Shown here piece after piece: positions 10,870 through 25,571 of a DNA stretch of 64,000 bases (its first letter is position 1; each line of letters starts with the position of its first letter). Made by a program: the position numbers and the translations under genes. The stretch spans positions 25,606,001 to 25,670,000 of the forward strand of contig OX597830.1 in NCBI GenBank assembly GCA_951406725.2, given 5' to 3'. Under the pieces are notes generated by a model. It had not been told where the DNA came from. It made no database searches and was given only the letters and a program-made list of their open reading frames with translations. Source of the stretch: Octopus vulgaris (lineage: Eukaryota).

Positions 10870-11290
10870 TAATGAGACATTTGCTCATCATTGGATGTAA
10901 GTGACAAAAGCTTGTACAGTCCTTTTGCCACTATTTCGGTCGCCATAGAAGGTTCCAGTGACAAACATTGTAAAGTGACCAGAAATCTTTTGAAAGCAAG
11001 TTTTAAGTCAAAGAAAGCAAGTTTTAAGTCAAAGTACAGTAGGGTGGAGCTTGTAGAAAATTTGACTACTATTTCTACCCGGTCGAGCTACTTTCTTGTA
11101 ATTTTTTGTGTACAATGTATAGATTCATTCTACCTTTATCTGTTGTCATCGAATGCTGTCCTGAGACATGGGTTTGGAATCAAATTGCTACTGTATTTTA
11201 AAGATATCAATAATGTTGTCGAGAAAGATTTGGTTTTCACAAAGAACTTCATTAATTACCCAGAAGCTCCCTCAATGCCATATCAATTAT
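10870..11290 (-). pseudogene. Possible highly decayed LINE reverse-transcriptase fragment
   Basis: Minus-strand peptides YGIEG and STLLYFDLKLAF resemble the LINE RT PGxDG and RPITLLNxDxKIL motifs; many stops. Confidence 0.3.
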
Positions 11291-11516
11291 ATAATTCTGA
11301 CCAAATAACAGTGATGTGGAAATATATTCTATATATTACTGCATGTGTATTGACTTTGTGTTGCAAAATAAATGCAGTCTTGCATAATATGGTAAGCAAG
11401 CAATGTGGAAGTCTAACCCCTTCCCTTTCCCTCGCTTTCTTTCTCTCTCTCTATATATAAATATAATACATGGTATATGATATACATGCTATTACAGCAA
11501 ACTATTATATTATATT

Positions 11517-11554
<38 letters not shown>

Positions 11555-11598
11555 TATCACGCCCACAAGACTTCCATTAAAGTTGAGTTGAGTCAATA

Positions 11599-11679
<81 letters not shown>

Positions 11680-11811
11680 CACACAATAGATACATATATG
11701 TTTATACACCTACATGTATGCAATTCATATGTCTAGTAAACATCGTATGTTGTGGCGCGAAGAAGCTGCCCAATCGTATATCATAATTATTGTTGTGCGC
11801 GCGCGCGTGTA

Positions 11812-11862
<51 letters not shown>

Positions 11863-12174
11863 ACACATGCACACATATATGATTGCATATGAACTTGATA
11901 GATCTAAGAACGATATATAACACAGCTATTTACTAAAATAGGCTGACATGAAACTCATCTTTCTTAGTAATTTGTCAGTCATTTTTTAAATTTTACAGAC
12001 GAGGAAATTGAGCTCCTACCATAAGCATTTTGAATATTATTCCATATGAATAAGTATTCCATCAACCCACCCACGTAGCAGTTTGCATTTCTAATATTAG
12101 TAAACGTTATTCTTCGTTATCTCTAGAGGAATCCGTATTTACCGGTGCTTCTCATTATTTTAATACAAAAAGCA

Positions 12175-12840
12175 GAAAATGCTGCGAGCTGGCAAATTCT
12201 TTAGTGTGCCACGTACAATGTTTAGCGGCATTTCTTCCGTTTTTTTATGTTCTGAGTTCAAGTTGCGCCGAGATCGACTTTGCCTTTTATCATTGTCGGG
12301 GTCGATGAAGTAAGTATCAGTTGAAGGGTAATCGACTAGCCCTCTCCTACAAAATTTTAGGCCTTGTGACTATAATAAAAAAGGATTATTTTAATACAAA
12401 AAAAGGGGGTTTGCGAGCTGTCAGAATAGTTTTCACGCCAAAGAAAATGCGTATCGACTTTTCTTCTAGCTCTTTAAATTTTGTGTTCAAATTCTGCCGA
12501 GGTCGACTTTGCCTTTCATTCTTTCGGGATCTTTAAAATAAGTACCAGTTGAGTACTAGGGTCGATGTAATTGATTTATCCCAACACACTCAATTTTAGT
12601 CTTGTGCCTATAATAAAAATGATTATTTTAATACAATGAACGGCAGTGAGCTGGCAGAGCTATTAGTACGCCGGCACAAGGTTTAACTCATTTTTACTGG
12701 ATCTATATTCTGAGCTCAAAGTTTTCCTAAGTTGACTTTGGCTTCCATCCTTTCAAGTTCGATAAAATAAATACCAGTCGATGGAGACGACTTACCCCAT
12801 TCTCCGAAATTGCTGGCCTTGCGCTAAAATTTGAACCCAC
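12175..12840 (+). mobile_element. Three head-to-tail SINE family B copies
   Basis: gagctg heads near 12185, 12415 and 12645, each followed by a gact(t)tg(c/g)ct core, gta(c/t)cagt and a ccttg tail. Confidence 0.8.
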
Positions 12841-13379
12841 TATCAGCCGGCATGTTATGTAGTAAAACATGAAAAAGGAAACTGAAAGTTTGTAAATATT
12901 TTGTATATAATGTGAGAATTTAAATAGCGTATGATTGCCTTAATCAAATCTGTTTTACACTCTCCAAAGACCCACTGACATCTCATCCCGTAAAATTTTT
13001 ATTGAGGTTAGCCACGCTACATGTAAAATTCACAGAAATTCCTCGAAAACTTTAAAATATCAAACAACTTTCTAATTTAATTAATAGAGCTTACACTTTT
13101 ACCTGTAACTATGGCAGTCGTAATAAATGTCCACATATCTGGCGCGAAATCATTAACCTTCTGTGCTAAAGTACACCTGACAATGATACTATGCGGAAGT
13201 TATATATTGAATTAAGCGTACATGATTTAATGATCGTTTTTATCATCACAGGCGTTCTTTCATTAATTCCTAGACGGAATTCGTTGAAGCATCTTTCTTA
13301 ATAATTCCAACGAATTTTATGATAGCAATTGTCATCACGCGCGTAAGTGAAAGGTACGGCGTGTGTGGTATATACGTGG

Positions 13380-13447
<68 letters not shown>

Positions 13448-13524
13448 TAGATACACATTCATACACAAATATATATATATACACATACGTATATAGATAC
13501 ACATCCATACGCATATATATACCT

Positions 13525-13790
13525 TTTTCGTGTTTCAGTCATTTGACTGCAGCCATGCTGGAGCACCGCCTTTAGTCGAGGAAATCGCCCCCAAGACTTA
13601 TTCTTTGTAAGTCTAGTACTTATTCTATCGGTCTCTTTTGCCGAACCTCTGAGTTATATCACCATCGGTTGTCAAGTGATGTTGGGGGGACAAACACAGA
13701 CACACAAACATATACGCACATACATATATACACACATATATATGACGGGCTTCTTTCAGTTTCTGTCTACTAAATCCACGCACGAGGCTT
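13525..13790 (-). mobile_element. SINE family A, partial
   Basis: tgtttcagtcatttgactgcagccatgctggagcaccgcc...gacgggcttctttcagtttc. Confidence 0.8.
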
Positions 13791-14184
13791 TGTATGTATG
13801 TATATGTATATATACGTATATATATACATATGTATGTGTATATATGTACGTATTTACCACTCTTTTCATTACTTTCTCTTCCTTCACATCTCACGGCACA
13901 CCTAATGCATCCTTCGTCTAGCGTGGCAGAAAGAGGGAAATCAATCAATGTAAAAAAAAAAAAAGTAAAGAAAAAAAACACCCTTAAAAGGAAGCCTGTG
14001 ACACTCAACACTTGACATTATATATTAAGATATTATATATAGACTTTGAATGCAAACATATCCGTAAAGGTGTCAGCCGGGTGCGTACACGTTACTGGGT
14101 GTTAAATATTTCAGAATTGTTATGTTGGTGGCAGTCGATGGCTTGAAACTTTATACCGTCACCCCTGTTACATACAATAGCATC

Positions 14185-14200
14185 TCTCTGTCCCTCCCTC

Positions 14201-14299
<99 letters not shown>

Positions 14300-14405
14300 C
14301 TCTGTCTGTCTTTCTATCTGTCTTTCTCTCCCTTCTTCCTCGTCTCTCTTTCTCTGTGTCTGTCTGTCTCTTTCTCTCTTTCTCTCCCTTCTCTCTCTTC
14401 TCTCT

Positions 14406-14440
<35 letters not shown>

Positions 14441-14660
14441 TTCTCTTCCTCTCCTTCCTCCCCTCTCTCTTTCTCTCTGTGTCTGCCTGTCTATCTCTCC
14501 TTCTCTCTCTTACTCCCCCCTCTCTCCTCAAATCTCTTTCACCTTCATCTCTTTATAACACCTTTTCAGCCTCTCTCTCTCTCACCAATCCCCGCCATCT
14601 CCCTTTCCTGTTTTCCTTTCCTGTTCATCTCTCCTCTCCCTTTCCCTCTCTTTTCCTCTT
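14185..14660. repeat. (TTTC)n/(TC)n polypyrimidine tract
   Basis: Directly visible. Confidence 0.9.
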
Positions 14661-14921
14661 CTTAATATCACAAAAGGACCCTCCCCACCCAAACTGGAAG
14701 ACACCTTACGGCGTTGGTGATGATGGTGATGACAGTTGTGGTAGTTGTTATGGTGGTGGGTGGTGGTGATACAGAGGGGGGGGGGGGGGGGCGTTGGAGA
14801 TAGTAATTGGAATGGTTCTGTCGATGGTTGTGGTGTCGACGGTGAGTTAAGTGTTAGTCTATCGATTATGTTAAAGTATTACTTAACACACTTCAATTAC
14901 AATCTAGGTTGTTACTGCTGC

Positions 14922-14956
<35 letters not shown>

Positions 14957-15119
14957 TTGCACTTATGATGACTACGACAGCAACAGCAATGATAGTGATA
15001 ATGAATAATAGAAATAATAATAATGCAGCGGCATCATCATCATCACCATTAGCATCACCATCATCACCATCATCATCATCATCACCATCACCATCATCAC
15101 CACCACCACCACCACCACC

Positions 15120-15174
<55 letters not shown>

Positions 15175-15184
15175 GCAACAAGGG

Positions 15185-15395
15185 GCTGAATATAGAGGGG
15201 ACAAACAAGGACAGACAAGGGGATTAAGTCGATTACATCGATCCTAGTACGTAACTGGTACTTAATTTATCGACCCCGAAAGGATGAAAGGCAAAGTCGA
15301 CCTCGGCGGAATTTGAGCTCAGAACGTAAAGACAAACGAAACACCGCTAAGCATTTCGCCTGGCGTGCTAACGTTTCTGCCAGTTCGCCGCCTTT
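15185..15395 (-). mobile_element. SINE family B, near full length
   Basis: ggattaagtcgattacatcg...cgaccccgaaaggatgaaaggcaaagtcgacctcggcggaatttg...ctgccagttcgccgcc. Confidence 0.85.
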
Positions 15396-17084
15396 AATAA
15401 TAATAATATTTTTTTATTAGCCAAAAGCGCTCGAATAGATACAAAAATGCAAAACTTTCACTAGGGTTTGCAAAAACTGGAGTGCTAAAGACGAGAGTTT
15501 TCATATACGAAAAAAGAGGGGAGGGACTATGTCACACATGATATGAATGGGTACTTTAAGATTTTTAAAGTACGTACCTTTATACGGAAAAAATATAAAT
15601 TACAATAAAATGCTCAATTACTAAAATAAGATGTAATTGCCCCAGCATGATCGCAGCTTTAAAGCTGAAACAGTTTAAAGAATTTAAAGAAAAGAATGTA
15701 TGAAAGATTACCAGTTTGGATTTGGATGCTCCACAAATGTACTCAGTAATCGATTCTCAATTTCATTACGAATGCAAGGAAATTCGCCTGTAAGCCTTCT
15801 TTGGAACGTTTGATATTGAAAAAATTCCAACATCTACGTAGTTTGCTCTTTGAAGTTCGTTGTAATGTCACGGTTTTAATTTTACATATAATCTATCTTT
15901 TGCATAATGTTTATGTCATCTGAATCTAACTGCTTTCATGCGTAATTCATAATTCTGTGGAAATTTCGTAGCACTACAGATGCGTAATTTTGTTCATCAA
16001 TTATTCGTTTGATTTTTAAATGACGATGAATCTTAGTTTTTCTGTGTCATAATTCTTCGCTATTTTCATGAGAAATGGTATCATTGCTGTTTTGAAAAAA
16101 ATATCCTTTCGCACGTTTTCGTTGTTTTATATTGAAGCTTCCTTTTCGATTTTTTGAGATGTTTTCACTTTTTCCTTCCTGTTTTTTTTCTGAGATTTTT
16201 ATGGCTTCCTCTGCAACTATTATTCCTTCTTCATCACACGACGATGGATGGAGTCATACTACTGGTTAGCACCGTTTCTAATTCTGGGTGTAGAGGGATA
16301 TCTCTTGCTACCTCTAAAGTTTGGGCTGATGGGAATACTGAATTTCGTTCTTTTTTCTACTTCACTATTTTCATTCCTCTCTCCAATTTTTTTCGTTTAG
16401 TCTTTCTAGTTATTCATGAAAATTAACTTTGAGGTATTTCATAGTACAACAACTGTAACAACAACGTTGTTGTACTGCACCATTAATCTCATGTCCGTCC
16501 TTTTAGTGTCTTCTGCTGGGCATAGTTTCCGCGTAGCTTTATGATCTTCGAAGATCATCAAAATTTGTAAATTCATTTTGACATCTTCACTAAATATCGC
16601 CGTTCGTTAATACTGCTTTGACCACTCACCCGTACTGTGATACGGAAATGACGACGAGTCGCGGATCTCCATCATTTTTGATGTCTTTTTATCACCGCTT
16701 TGGCATTTCTTTGACAACGTAGGTATGTCTGACAATTTCAGCCTCTGTTTTGAGTCGTCTTCAGTGTTTAAAGTACCTTAGAATGCCATGTTTACCTTTT
16801 CAGTTGAAAGGATTTCTCTCGTGATATCCTGAAGCATTTGTTGTACTTCTTGTCGGGAGGACAGATTTGGTTCACTTCCATCGTTTCGAGAACAAACATA
16901 TATAATTTTTCTCTTTGCTCTGTTCTTGATTAGCACTTCTGAAAAAAAAATGTTGCCCAATTTTGTAAAATACTTCAAACTGCATCCTTTTGGAACTGTG
17001 ATAAATCTAAACAATCTTCTTTGCTCAGTTTATGTGAAAGAAGGACTGTCTTTTAGGGTTAGTTGACCCTAATATTTTGCTGGT

Positions 17085-17210
17085 ACTTCGAAAGAATAAA
17101 CGGCAAAGTATACCTCAGTGGAACTAGATCTCAGAACGTAAAGACGGACGAAATGCCACTAAGCATTTTTGTCCGGAGTGCTAACGACTCTACCAGCTTG
17201 TCGCTTTAAA
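17085..17210 (-). mobile_element. SINE family B fragment
   Basis: ggcaaagtatacctcagtggaactagatctcagaacgtaaagacggacgaaatgcc. Confidence 0.7.
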
Positions 17211-17349
17211 TAATAGTATTTGCTGTAGTCCATCTTTTATACTAAGACTAAACATGTACATGATAACATTTCCAATCAGTTAAGACCAGAAACCATGAAA
17301 GCCACTGCCTGGTACTGCTGCATCAGGACATTTATAATTATTATTATTA

Positions 17350-17535
17350 TGGCAGGAACGTTAGCACGCCGGGCGAAATGCTTAGCGGTATTTCGTCTGC
17401 CGCTACGTTCTGAGTTCAAATCCTCAGAGGTCGACTTTACCTTTATCCTTTCGATGTGAATAAAATAAGTACTAGTTAATTAATCGACTAGTCCCCTTCC
17501 TCAAATTTCAGGCCTTGTACCTACAGTACAAAGGA

Positions 17536-17610
<75 letters not shown>
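17350..17610 (+). mobile_element. SINE family B with (TTA)n tail
   Basis: ggcaggaacgttagcacgccgggcgaaatgcttagcgg...caggccttgtacc followed by (TTA)n. Confidence 0.8.
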
Positions 17611-17877
17611 GACAATACGAAAAGCGCGATGCAGCGCTCTTCGTATTGTCGATTTACCTTTGTGAAGAGTAAATCAATCCGTTTAAAATATTATTATTAT
17701 TATTATCGTTAAACGCTAATTATCATTTCCCATATAATCTCGATCAGCTCTTAACTTTTTTCTTTCTTTCTCTTCCTTCCTTCCTTCCTTCCTTTCTTGA
17801 TCCCTCCGGTTTTCTATTTTTCCTTTTCTATTTTTCCTTTTATCCAGTGAATTATGATCAATTCTGCATTTCTCTCT

Positions 17878-17909
17878 CTACCACGACGACGACGACGACC
17901 ACCACCACC

Positions 17910-17984
<75 letters not shown>

Positions 17985-18099
17985 GCTACTACTACCACTA
18001 CTACTTCTACTGCTAGTACTTTCACCACCAACACTACCACCATCACCACCACCAAGAAACAACCACAACTACCACAATCACCACCACCGACACCACAAA

Positions 18100-18138
<39 letters not shown>

Positions 18139-18866
18139 AAACACACATACCATCGTGCCACCTCCATACAGTTGACTACCATCACCATCACCGTGTCCAC
18201 CACTACCAGAACAACCACCACCATTACCATCAGCGCCCCTCCATCACCATCAAAGCTACCACGACCTCATTATTCACAGTGTCACCAACACCTCCAAAAC
18301 CACAACCTCATAACACATCACTATCACCACCATTCTTCTATACTCACCACCATCTCTCCATCACAACCCCCCCACTACTACCTACAACATCAACAACAAC
18401 AACAACAACAACACAACAGCGACATAATACATCACCACCATCTTCACTGCCGAACATAACCACCACCACCACCACCACCACCACCACCACCATCACCACC
18501 ACCACCATCATGTTCAATGCCGATAATACTACGTCATTACCATTTACATCACCACGATCACCGTTGTCACCTCCAACACCACCAAAAACCATCACCTCCA
18601 CCACCACAACCACCACCACCACAAGCACCACAAGCACCACCACCACCACCACCACCACCACCATAAGCACCATAAGCACTACAAGCACCACCACCACCAA
18701 AACAATGACGACCATCACCACCACCACAACAACCACTACAAGCACCACCACCACAAGCACGGCGACGACGACCCCCTCCCCACCACCACAAGCACCACCA
18801 CCACACATCACCACCACCACGACAACCACGACAACCACGACCACCACCACCACCACGACCACCAGC

Positions 18867-18897
<31 letters not shown>

Positions 18898-18983
18898 CCA
18901 CCACCACCACCATCACCACCACCACGACAACCACGACAACCACGACCACCACCACCACCACCACGACCACCAGCACCACCACC

Positions 18984-19014
<31 letters not shown>

Positions 19015-19253
19015 CCACCATCACCACCACCACGACAACCACGACAACCACGACCACCACCACCACCACCACCACGACCACCAGCACCACCAAAACCACC
19101 AGCACCACCAGCACCATCAGCACCACCAGCACCACCAGCACCACCAGCACCACCAGCACCAGCACCACCACCACCAGCACCACCACCACCATCAGCACCA
19201 CCACCACCATCAGCACCACCACCACCATCACCACTACCACCACCACCACCACC
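17878..19253. repeat. 1.4-kb (ACC/ACT/AGC)n trinucleotide low-complexity array with internal duplications
   Basis: Directly visible; source of the spurious 469-aa poly-Thr ORF. Confidence 0.9.
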
Positions 19254-19592
19254 TAGTCCACGTTTAATAATACTATCACCGCACAGCACATCGCTACAAG
19301 AATAATGACAGCAGCGCAGGTATCGCAGGTATCGCCATTCATCACCTACCCATCGTACGAAAGAATATCCAGTAAAGAAATACATACGCTTACCACACAT
19401 GCATATCACACGTGCACGATTCATGGACGCATTTGCAAGGCGAACACACATGCACAAATATATATAGGTACATGCATGCGTATATAAAATATACACGCAG
19501 TTACATACACATACAACAACACGCACACATATACACGCACATACATACACATACATACATATACATACATATTGATGCATATATATATATAT

Positions 19593-19684
<92 letters not shown>

Positions 19685-19739
19685 CACATAGCCGTACACA
19701 GCCGCACACTGTTACACACAAACACGCAGGTACATGAGT

Positions 19740-19775
<36 letters not shown>

Positions 19776-20577
19776 ATACGTGTATAACAAAAACCCTGAA
19801 AGCACACAATCCGAACCTCTCAAATACAAGCGCGTTTACATACGCCAATAATGCAGAAATCGCACAAATAGCCGTACATAGGAGCACGTAGTCGCGCATA
19901 ACTGCACATAGGCACACATAGTCGCACACAGCCGCCAACAAACACACAAGCACATAAGTACATACACACACAAACGCACACACACACACACACATACGTG
20001 CATAACAAAGACACCGAAAGCACACAATCCAAACCTCTCAAATACAAGCGCGTACATACACCAATAATGCAGAAAGCGCACACACAGGCGCACATAGTCG
20101 CACATAACCGCACACAGCCGCACACAGAGCCGCACACAAAATACACAGGTACATACGCATACACGTCTCATGTGCCGCCGCCCCTACTCCACCCTGCTCC
20201 ACCTATCACAATTGCTCTGACGACATTGCACCCCTCCTCCCTCCATCCTGTCGCATTAACCCAACCCTGGCTAATGTGACGTAATTACACCGACCTTTAC
20301 ACCAAATCATAGCTATGGCCTCACAGACTCACCTTTTTCAATCTACCAATCACTTATTAATCAAACTACTTTATTGATCTCAGCTGGAGAATATTGATTT
20401 CATTCCTCGCTCTTTCTCACTCTTTTACTTGTTCGCTCTTATTCTTTGTCTCTCTTTTTATTTGTCTCTTTAAAACATGTTGTTCTCATATCCTACATCT
20501 CTCTATCTCTCTTTCTCTCTCTTTGTATCTCTTCGCTTCTTTATCTCTGTATATCCTTGTTCTGCCATTTGTAAAAC

Positions 20578-20657
<80 letters not shown>

Positions 20658-21673
20658 CACTCTCATTGTTTGACAATTATACTCTCTCTATCATCATTTC
20701 GCCCCCCCCCCTCACCTTTTGCTTCTTTCTATTTCTCATTCATACAATAACAGTAAACCACAGTTGTTCATTGTTTACTGAACTAGCTACACCGGCTTCT
20801 CGTGATACGTAACCCACATCCAGTCTAACTTGTTAAATATCATGACATATAATAACGAACGTTCAGATGCATGTGCGTTCCAAAGTGTAGGTTACAGCTT
20901 TACTCTGATCTAGCTGGAATTTTGCACGAGGGCAGTGGGTCATAACTACAGTGTGTGCCGTCCAAAGAACTCCTTCAGTTTGCTGCCATAACCCCTGTCC
21001 CCTATCCATGCTTATACAGCAGATCAAAGAGTGCTGTTCCTTGCTTCGCTAGTTACGCAATTGCATCAAGGTAGATCTATTCAAGCAAACGTTGGTAGGC
21101 TAATATTTCTGAGCTTTTCTGTATGCCTAGAAAATGGCGAAGGATATAATATATCCACAAGCACTGCAGTTAATACAGGAAAAAATTGCTGGTTAGGAAA
21201 TTAACTGACTAAAGATATTTATGTTAATTAGTACAGTATTATTTAAAAGTATGTATTTCCTGAAAATATTAAAAAAAAAGGTGAATGAAAAAAATTAAGG
21301 TTCCATACTTGTTAGTTTATTTTTGGCGCATTTTTACGAACGTCAAATTGATCCACCCTCTGGGTGCAAGGCATGCAACAAATCTGGGCCAATGACTTCT
21401 AGGCAAACTGAAGATTAACCAAAATTCAATCAATTGCTGTGACTGTTTATGTTACATAATAAACGCGAGCATGGCCGAGTACTGCAAATTGTATGTATAT
21501 ACATCTATCCATTACACACTCACACACATACACGAACGCACGCACGCACGCACACACACACTTTTATATATGTATGTATGCATGTGTGTGTATGTATGCA
21601 TGCTTGTATGTATGTATGTATGTATGTATGTATGTATCTATCTATCTATCTATCTATCTATCTACATACTATA

Positions 21674-21727
<54 letters not shown>

Positions 21728-21781
21728 TAAACACACACATACACAGACGCGCGCACACACGCACACACACATATATATAAA

Positions 21782-21997
21782 ATAATCCCTCGCCATATCG
21801 CGGTTCGCCTATCGCGCTTTATTATTTAAGCTTACGTCGATTCTTCCGTGGTGTTGTCTTACATTTATAATAAACTAAATATATACAAATTATAAAATAA
21901 TAAAAAAAAAATACAGTACTGCTTCTACTTAACGGATTTTCACCTATCGCGGGTGTTTTGGGAACGTAGACCCCGCGAAAGTCGAGGGATTTCTGTA
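21782..21997. mobile_element. Tigger/pogo-type MITE
   Basis: TIR-like ends aatccctcgccatatcgcgg / ccgcgaaagtcgagggatttctgta in a TA context. Confidence 0.65.
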
Positions 21998-22004
21998 TAT
22001 ATAT

Positions 22005-22097
22005 ACTCTTTTACTTGTTTCAGTCATTTGACTGCGGCCATGCTGGAGCACCGCCTTTAGTCCAGAAAATCGACCCGGGACTTATTCTTTGTAAGCC
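22005..22097 (-). mobile_element. SINE family A 3' end
   Basis: cttttacttgtttcagtcatttgactgcggccatgctggagcaccgcctttagtc. Confidence 0.8.
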
Positions 22098-22121
22098 CAT
22101 ATACCCCTGGACTTATATCTC

Positions 22122-22167
<46 letters not shown>

Positions 22168-22366
22168 GGAGACCAAAGTGTACGCACGCCGCTATATGTA
22201 TATAAAAAAGAATACCAGCCGAAACTGCAAAGATTATCTGGAACTCGGCTGAGGAAAGAAAACTCCGAATGACCCGTCCTTGTGTTTTCTTGTCCCTTTT
22301 TCCCTTTTGTATCATCTAACTGTCTGGATATTTTGTTGTCGCCTGCTGCGTTCTTATCCTACCTTT

Positions 22367-22446
<80 letters not shown>

Positions 22447-22479
22447 AATGTATGCATGTATATCGAGTTAAATTTGACA

Positions 22480-23260
22480 GTTTAGATATCCCATCAAAAT
22501 ATAAATGTATTTTAAAGAATAAAAAAATATATCAACTAGATTATAGCTGGAAGATAACAATTTACTCAGAGCAGCCGCCTTCAGCTTCCGCAACAGCCTC
22601 CTGACGTCTTCGGAACCTGGCGAATGCTTTCCTCATTGTTTCCCTGGAAAAAATCTTCAAGCACGTCCTTGATCTTGGACACCAGTTCAGCCAGCCTTGA
22701 TGTTGCAAGCAGAGCGGCTGGTTTCTTTCTCGATCGCACCCCATACAGAGTAATCCATGAGATTACAACCAGGAGTGTTGAGAGACCAGAAATTGGGGCT
22801 GATAAAGCCATAGAAATTCTCCAACAACCACTTCTGGTTCTTTCTGGAGGTATGGCAAGGAGCCAAATCCTACTGCCACACATATGGCCTTCCAATAGCA
22901 ACTCATTTCAGTCAGGGATTGACTACAGTCTCCAGGATCTTCACATAGTCGTCTGAATTGAGCCTAAGGTTCTGTTCAAAGATGTGGAGATTAATTCCAG
23001 CATGCAGGCAGTTAGAAAGCTTGCTGTGTCCCTTTTTGTTGACCACAGCTTCGTAGTCTCCCTTACAGCTGTCCATGTCATGTCTTATACCCTTTACAGT
23101 GTTCATAGAGCACTGAGCGGCAGTCATGATGTCGGCATTTTGATACCCAACATGAATCAGCATTCCAGCCCACCATTTAGCTCTTTTTCTCAACTATCAC
23201 TTTAATCTCTATGCTCTCCAACGCCGCTGACATAAAAAAAGTCGTCAAACAGCCTGAACA
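22480..23260 (-). mobile_element. Decayed, internally deleted Tc1/mariner-superfamily transposon, DD37D (maT-type)
   Basis: Minus frame YVWQ*DLAPCHTSRKNQKWLLENFYGFISPNFWSLNTPGCNLMDY has 37 residues between the 2nd and 3rd catalytic D; HTH-like remnant at about 23050-23190. Confidence 0.8.
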
Positions 23261-23263
23261 TCC

Positions 23264-23342
<79 letters not shown>

Positions 23343-23373
23343 GTCTATTAATCTATATCTATCTATCTATCTC

Positions 23374-23460
<87 letters not shown>

Positions 23461-23540
23461 GCCTGTCTGTCTGCCTGCCTGTCTGTCTGTCTGTCTATTT
23501 ATCTATCTATCTATCTTTCTGTCTATCTATCTGTCTATCA

Positions 23541-23604
<64 letters not shown>
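23264..23604. repeat. (CTAT)n/(CTGT)n microsatellite
   Basis: Directly visible. Confidence 0.95.
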
Positions 23605-23959
23605 GTGTATGCGTGCATGTGCGTGTATGTGAGTGTATGCATGCGTGTGCGAGCATGTACGTGTTTGTGCGTGTATGTGTGTCTACAAGCGTACGAGCGC
23701 GAACATTTGATCTCATAAGACTACACATATATACACAAGGAAAGTGTTATATGTAAGTACAGCTAATACAAAGAGATAATTGAAAGTAAAATGTGACCGG
23801 ATATGAAATACAAACGTGTGCGCGCGCACACCCCCACATACACACTAAACCATAAAATATATTCATCTCCGCATCGCGAAATTGTGTTTCTGTCAGTCAA
23901 ATTCTCATAAAAGACCGTTCAGCGCACATGTAATGAGAATCTAAATATGTGACACTATT

Positions 23960-24890
23960 GAAATATAATGTCACGTTGAAAAGCATGACGTATAGAAACA
24001 AATGAAATATCAAGACTAAACAACCTGCCACTATCCCCACATACATCCAGAAGATGGGGCCGAGATGGATGTGAAAGGTTAAGGAACTTAGGAAGTTATT
24101 GCTGTAGATAAACATATAAGCTTATAAAGAAATAAGTAAAATTTTAGAAATATAATGTCACGTTGAAAAGCATGACGTACAGAAACAAATGAAATATCAA
24201 GACTATACAACCTGCCACTATCCCCACTTACATCCAGAAGATGGGGCCGAGATGGATGTGAAAGTTAAGGAACTCAGGAAGTTATTGCTGTAGATAAACA
24301 TATAAGCTTATAAAGAAATAAGTAAAATTTTAGAAATATAATGTCACGCAGAAAAGCCTGACGTACAGAAACAAATAAAATATCAAGACTATACAACCTG
24401 CCACTATCCCCACTTACATCCAGAAGATGAGGCCGAGATGGATGTGAGAAGTTAAGGAACTTAGAAAGTTATTGCTGTAGATAAACATATAAGCTTATAA
24501 AGAAATAAGTAAAATTTTAGAAATATAATGTCACGCAGAAAAGCCTGACGTACAGAAACAAATGAAATATCAAGACTATACAACCTGCCACTATCCCCAC
24601 TTACATCCAGAAGATGGGGCCGAGATGGATGTGAGAAGTTAAGGAACTTAGGAAGCTATTGCTGTAGATAAACATATAAGCTTATAAAGAAATAAGTAAA
24701 ATTTTAGAAATATAATGTCACGCAGAAAAGCCTGACGTACAGAAACAAATGAAATATCAAGACTATACAACCTGCCACTATCCCCACTTACATCCAGAAG
24801 ATGAGGCCGAGATGGATGTGAGAAGTTAAGGAACTTAGGAAGTTATTGCTGTAGATAAACATATAAGCTTATAAAAGAAATAAGTAAAAA
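23960..24890. repeat. Tandem array of five 186-187-bp units
   Basis: Unit starts (gaaatataatgtcacg) at 23960, 24147, 24333, 24520 and 24707; copies are nearly identical. Confidence 0.95.
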
Positions 24891-25389
24891 TGTTTATGAC
24901 GGCACGAACCACGATCAAATCTTCAACGAGTTAAGACGAGATCTCTTAACGACAATAGAAGCTTCATATAATCAAGGTATCTTTGGCCTAAAGAGTAGCT
25001 TGCAGTCTGTCCTTTGGATAATTTACTAATTCCGAGAATACTTTCCAGCTATGAAGCATACGTAGCTTAGATTTTATCTATTTCATTACCTAATTTTTTA
25101 ATGTTTTTTCGCATATTAAACAACCCCTGTTGCTAACCGTGAACTATAAAATTAACTTTCTTCAGCTTATCGCACTTCGATACGGGGAAAACGCATAACC
25201 TTCTGCGCCAATAAACCACTATTGTTCCTAAAAAACTTTTTTTATATCTTCTACGGATTTCTTGAAGCTTACTAACTTCTTACGCCTTGATCCCTAGATC
25301 TTACCTTTATACACGCACACACGCGCGCACACACACACGCGCGCACACACACACGCGCGCACACACACACGCGCACACACACACGCGCG

Positions 25390-25423
<34 letters not shown>

Positions 25424-25471
25424 AGTGAGTATGTGTGTATGTGTGTGAGTATGTATACATATATGTATGTA

Positions 25472-25547
<76 letters not shown>

Positions 25548-25571
25548 CATATTTCGTAGGAGTTATATATA

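Noticed and set aside
10891-11460. 189-aa plus-strand ORF
   Set aside because: Starts at TTG, has no recognisable domain, contains a local short duplication, and the opposite strand looks more like decayed RT
17847-19256. 469-aa Thr-rich ORF resembling a mucin, plus antisense Val/Gly-rich ORFs
   Set aside because: Built from (ACC/ACT)n repeats that lack stops in several frames on both strands; no signal peptide or domain
22240-22280. CTGAGGA-aagaaaactcc-GAAT motif in a TA-flanked insert
   Set aside because: Needs several substitutions in stem II and core, and stem I is not evident; similarly weak motifs near 13320, 26670 and 39771 were also not called
23960-24890. CRISPR array or hammerhead retrozyme
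   Set aside because: Whole units repeat with no spacers; the closest core is CTGACGT with no valid stem II-GAAA arrangement
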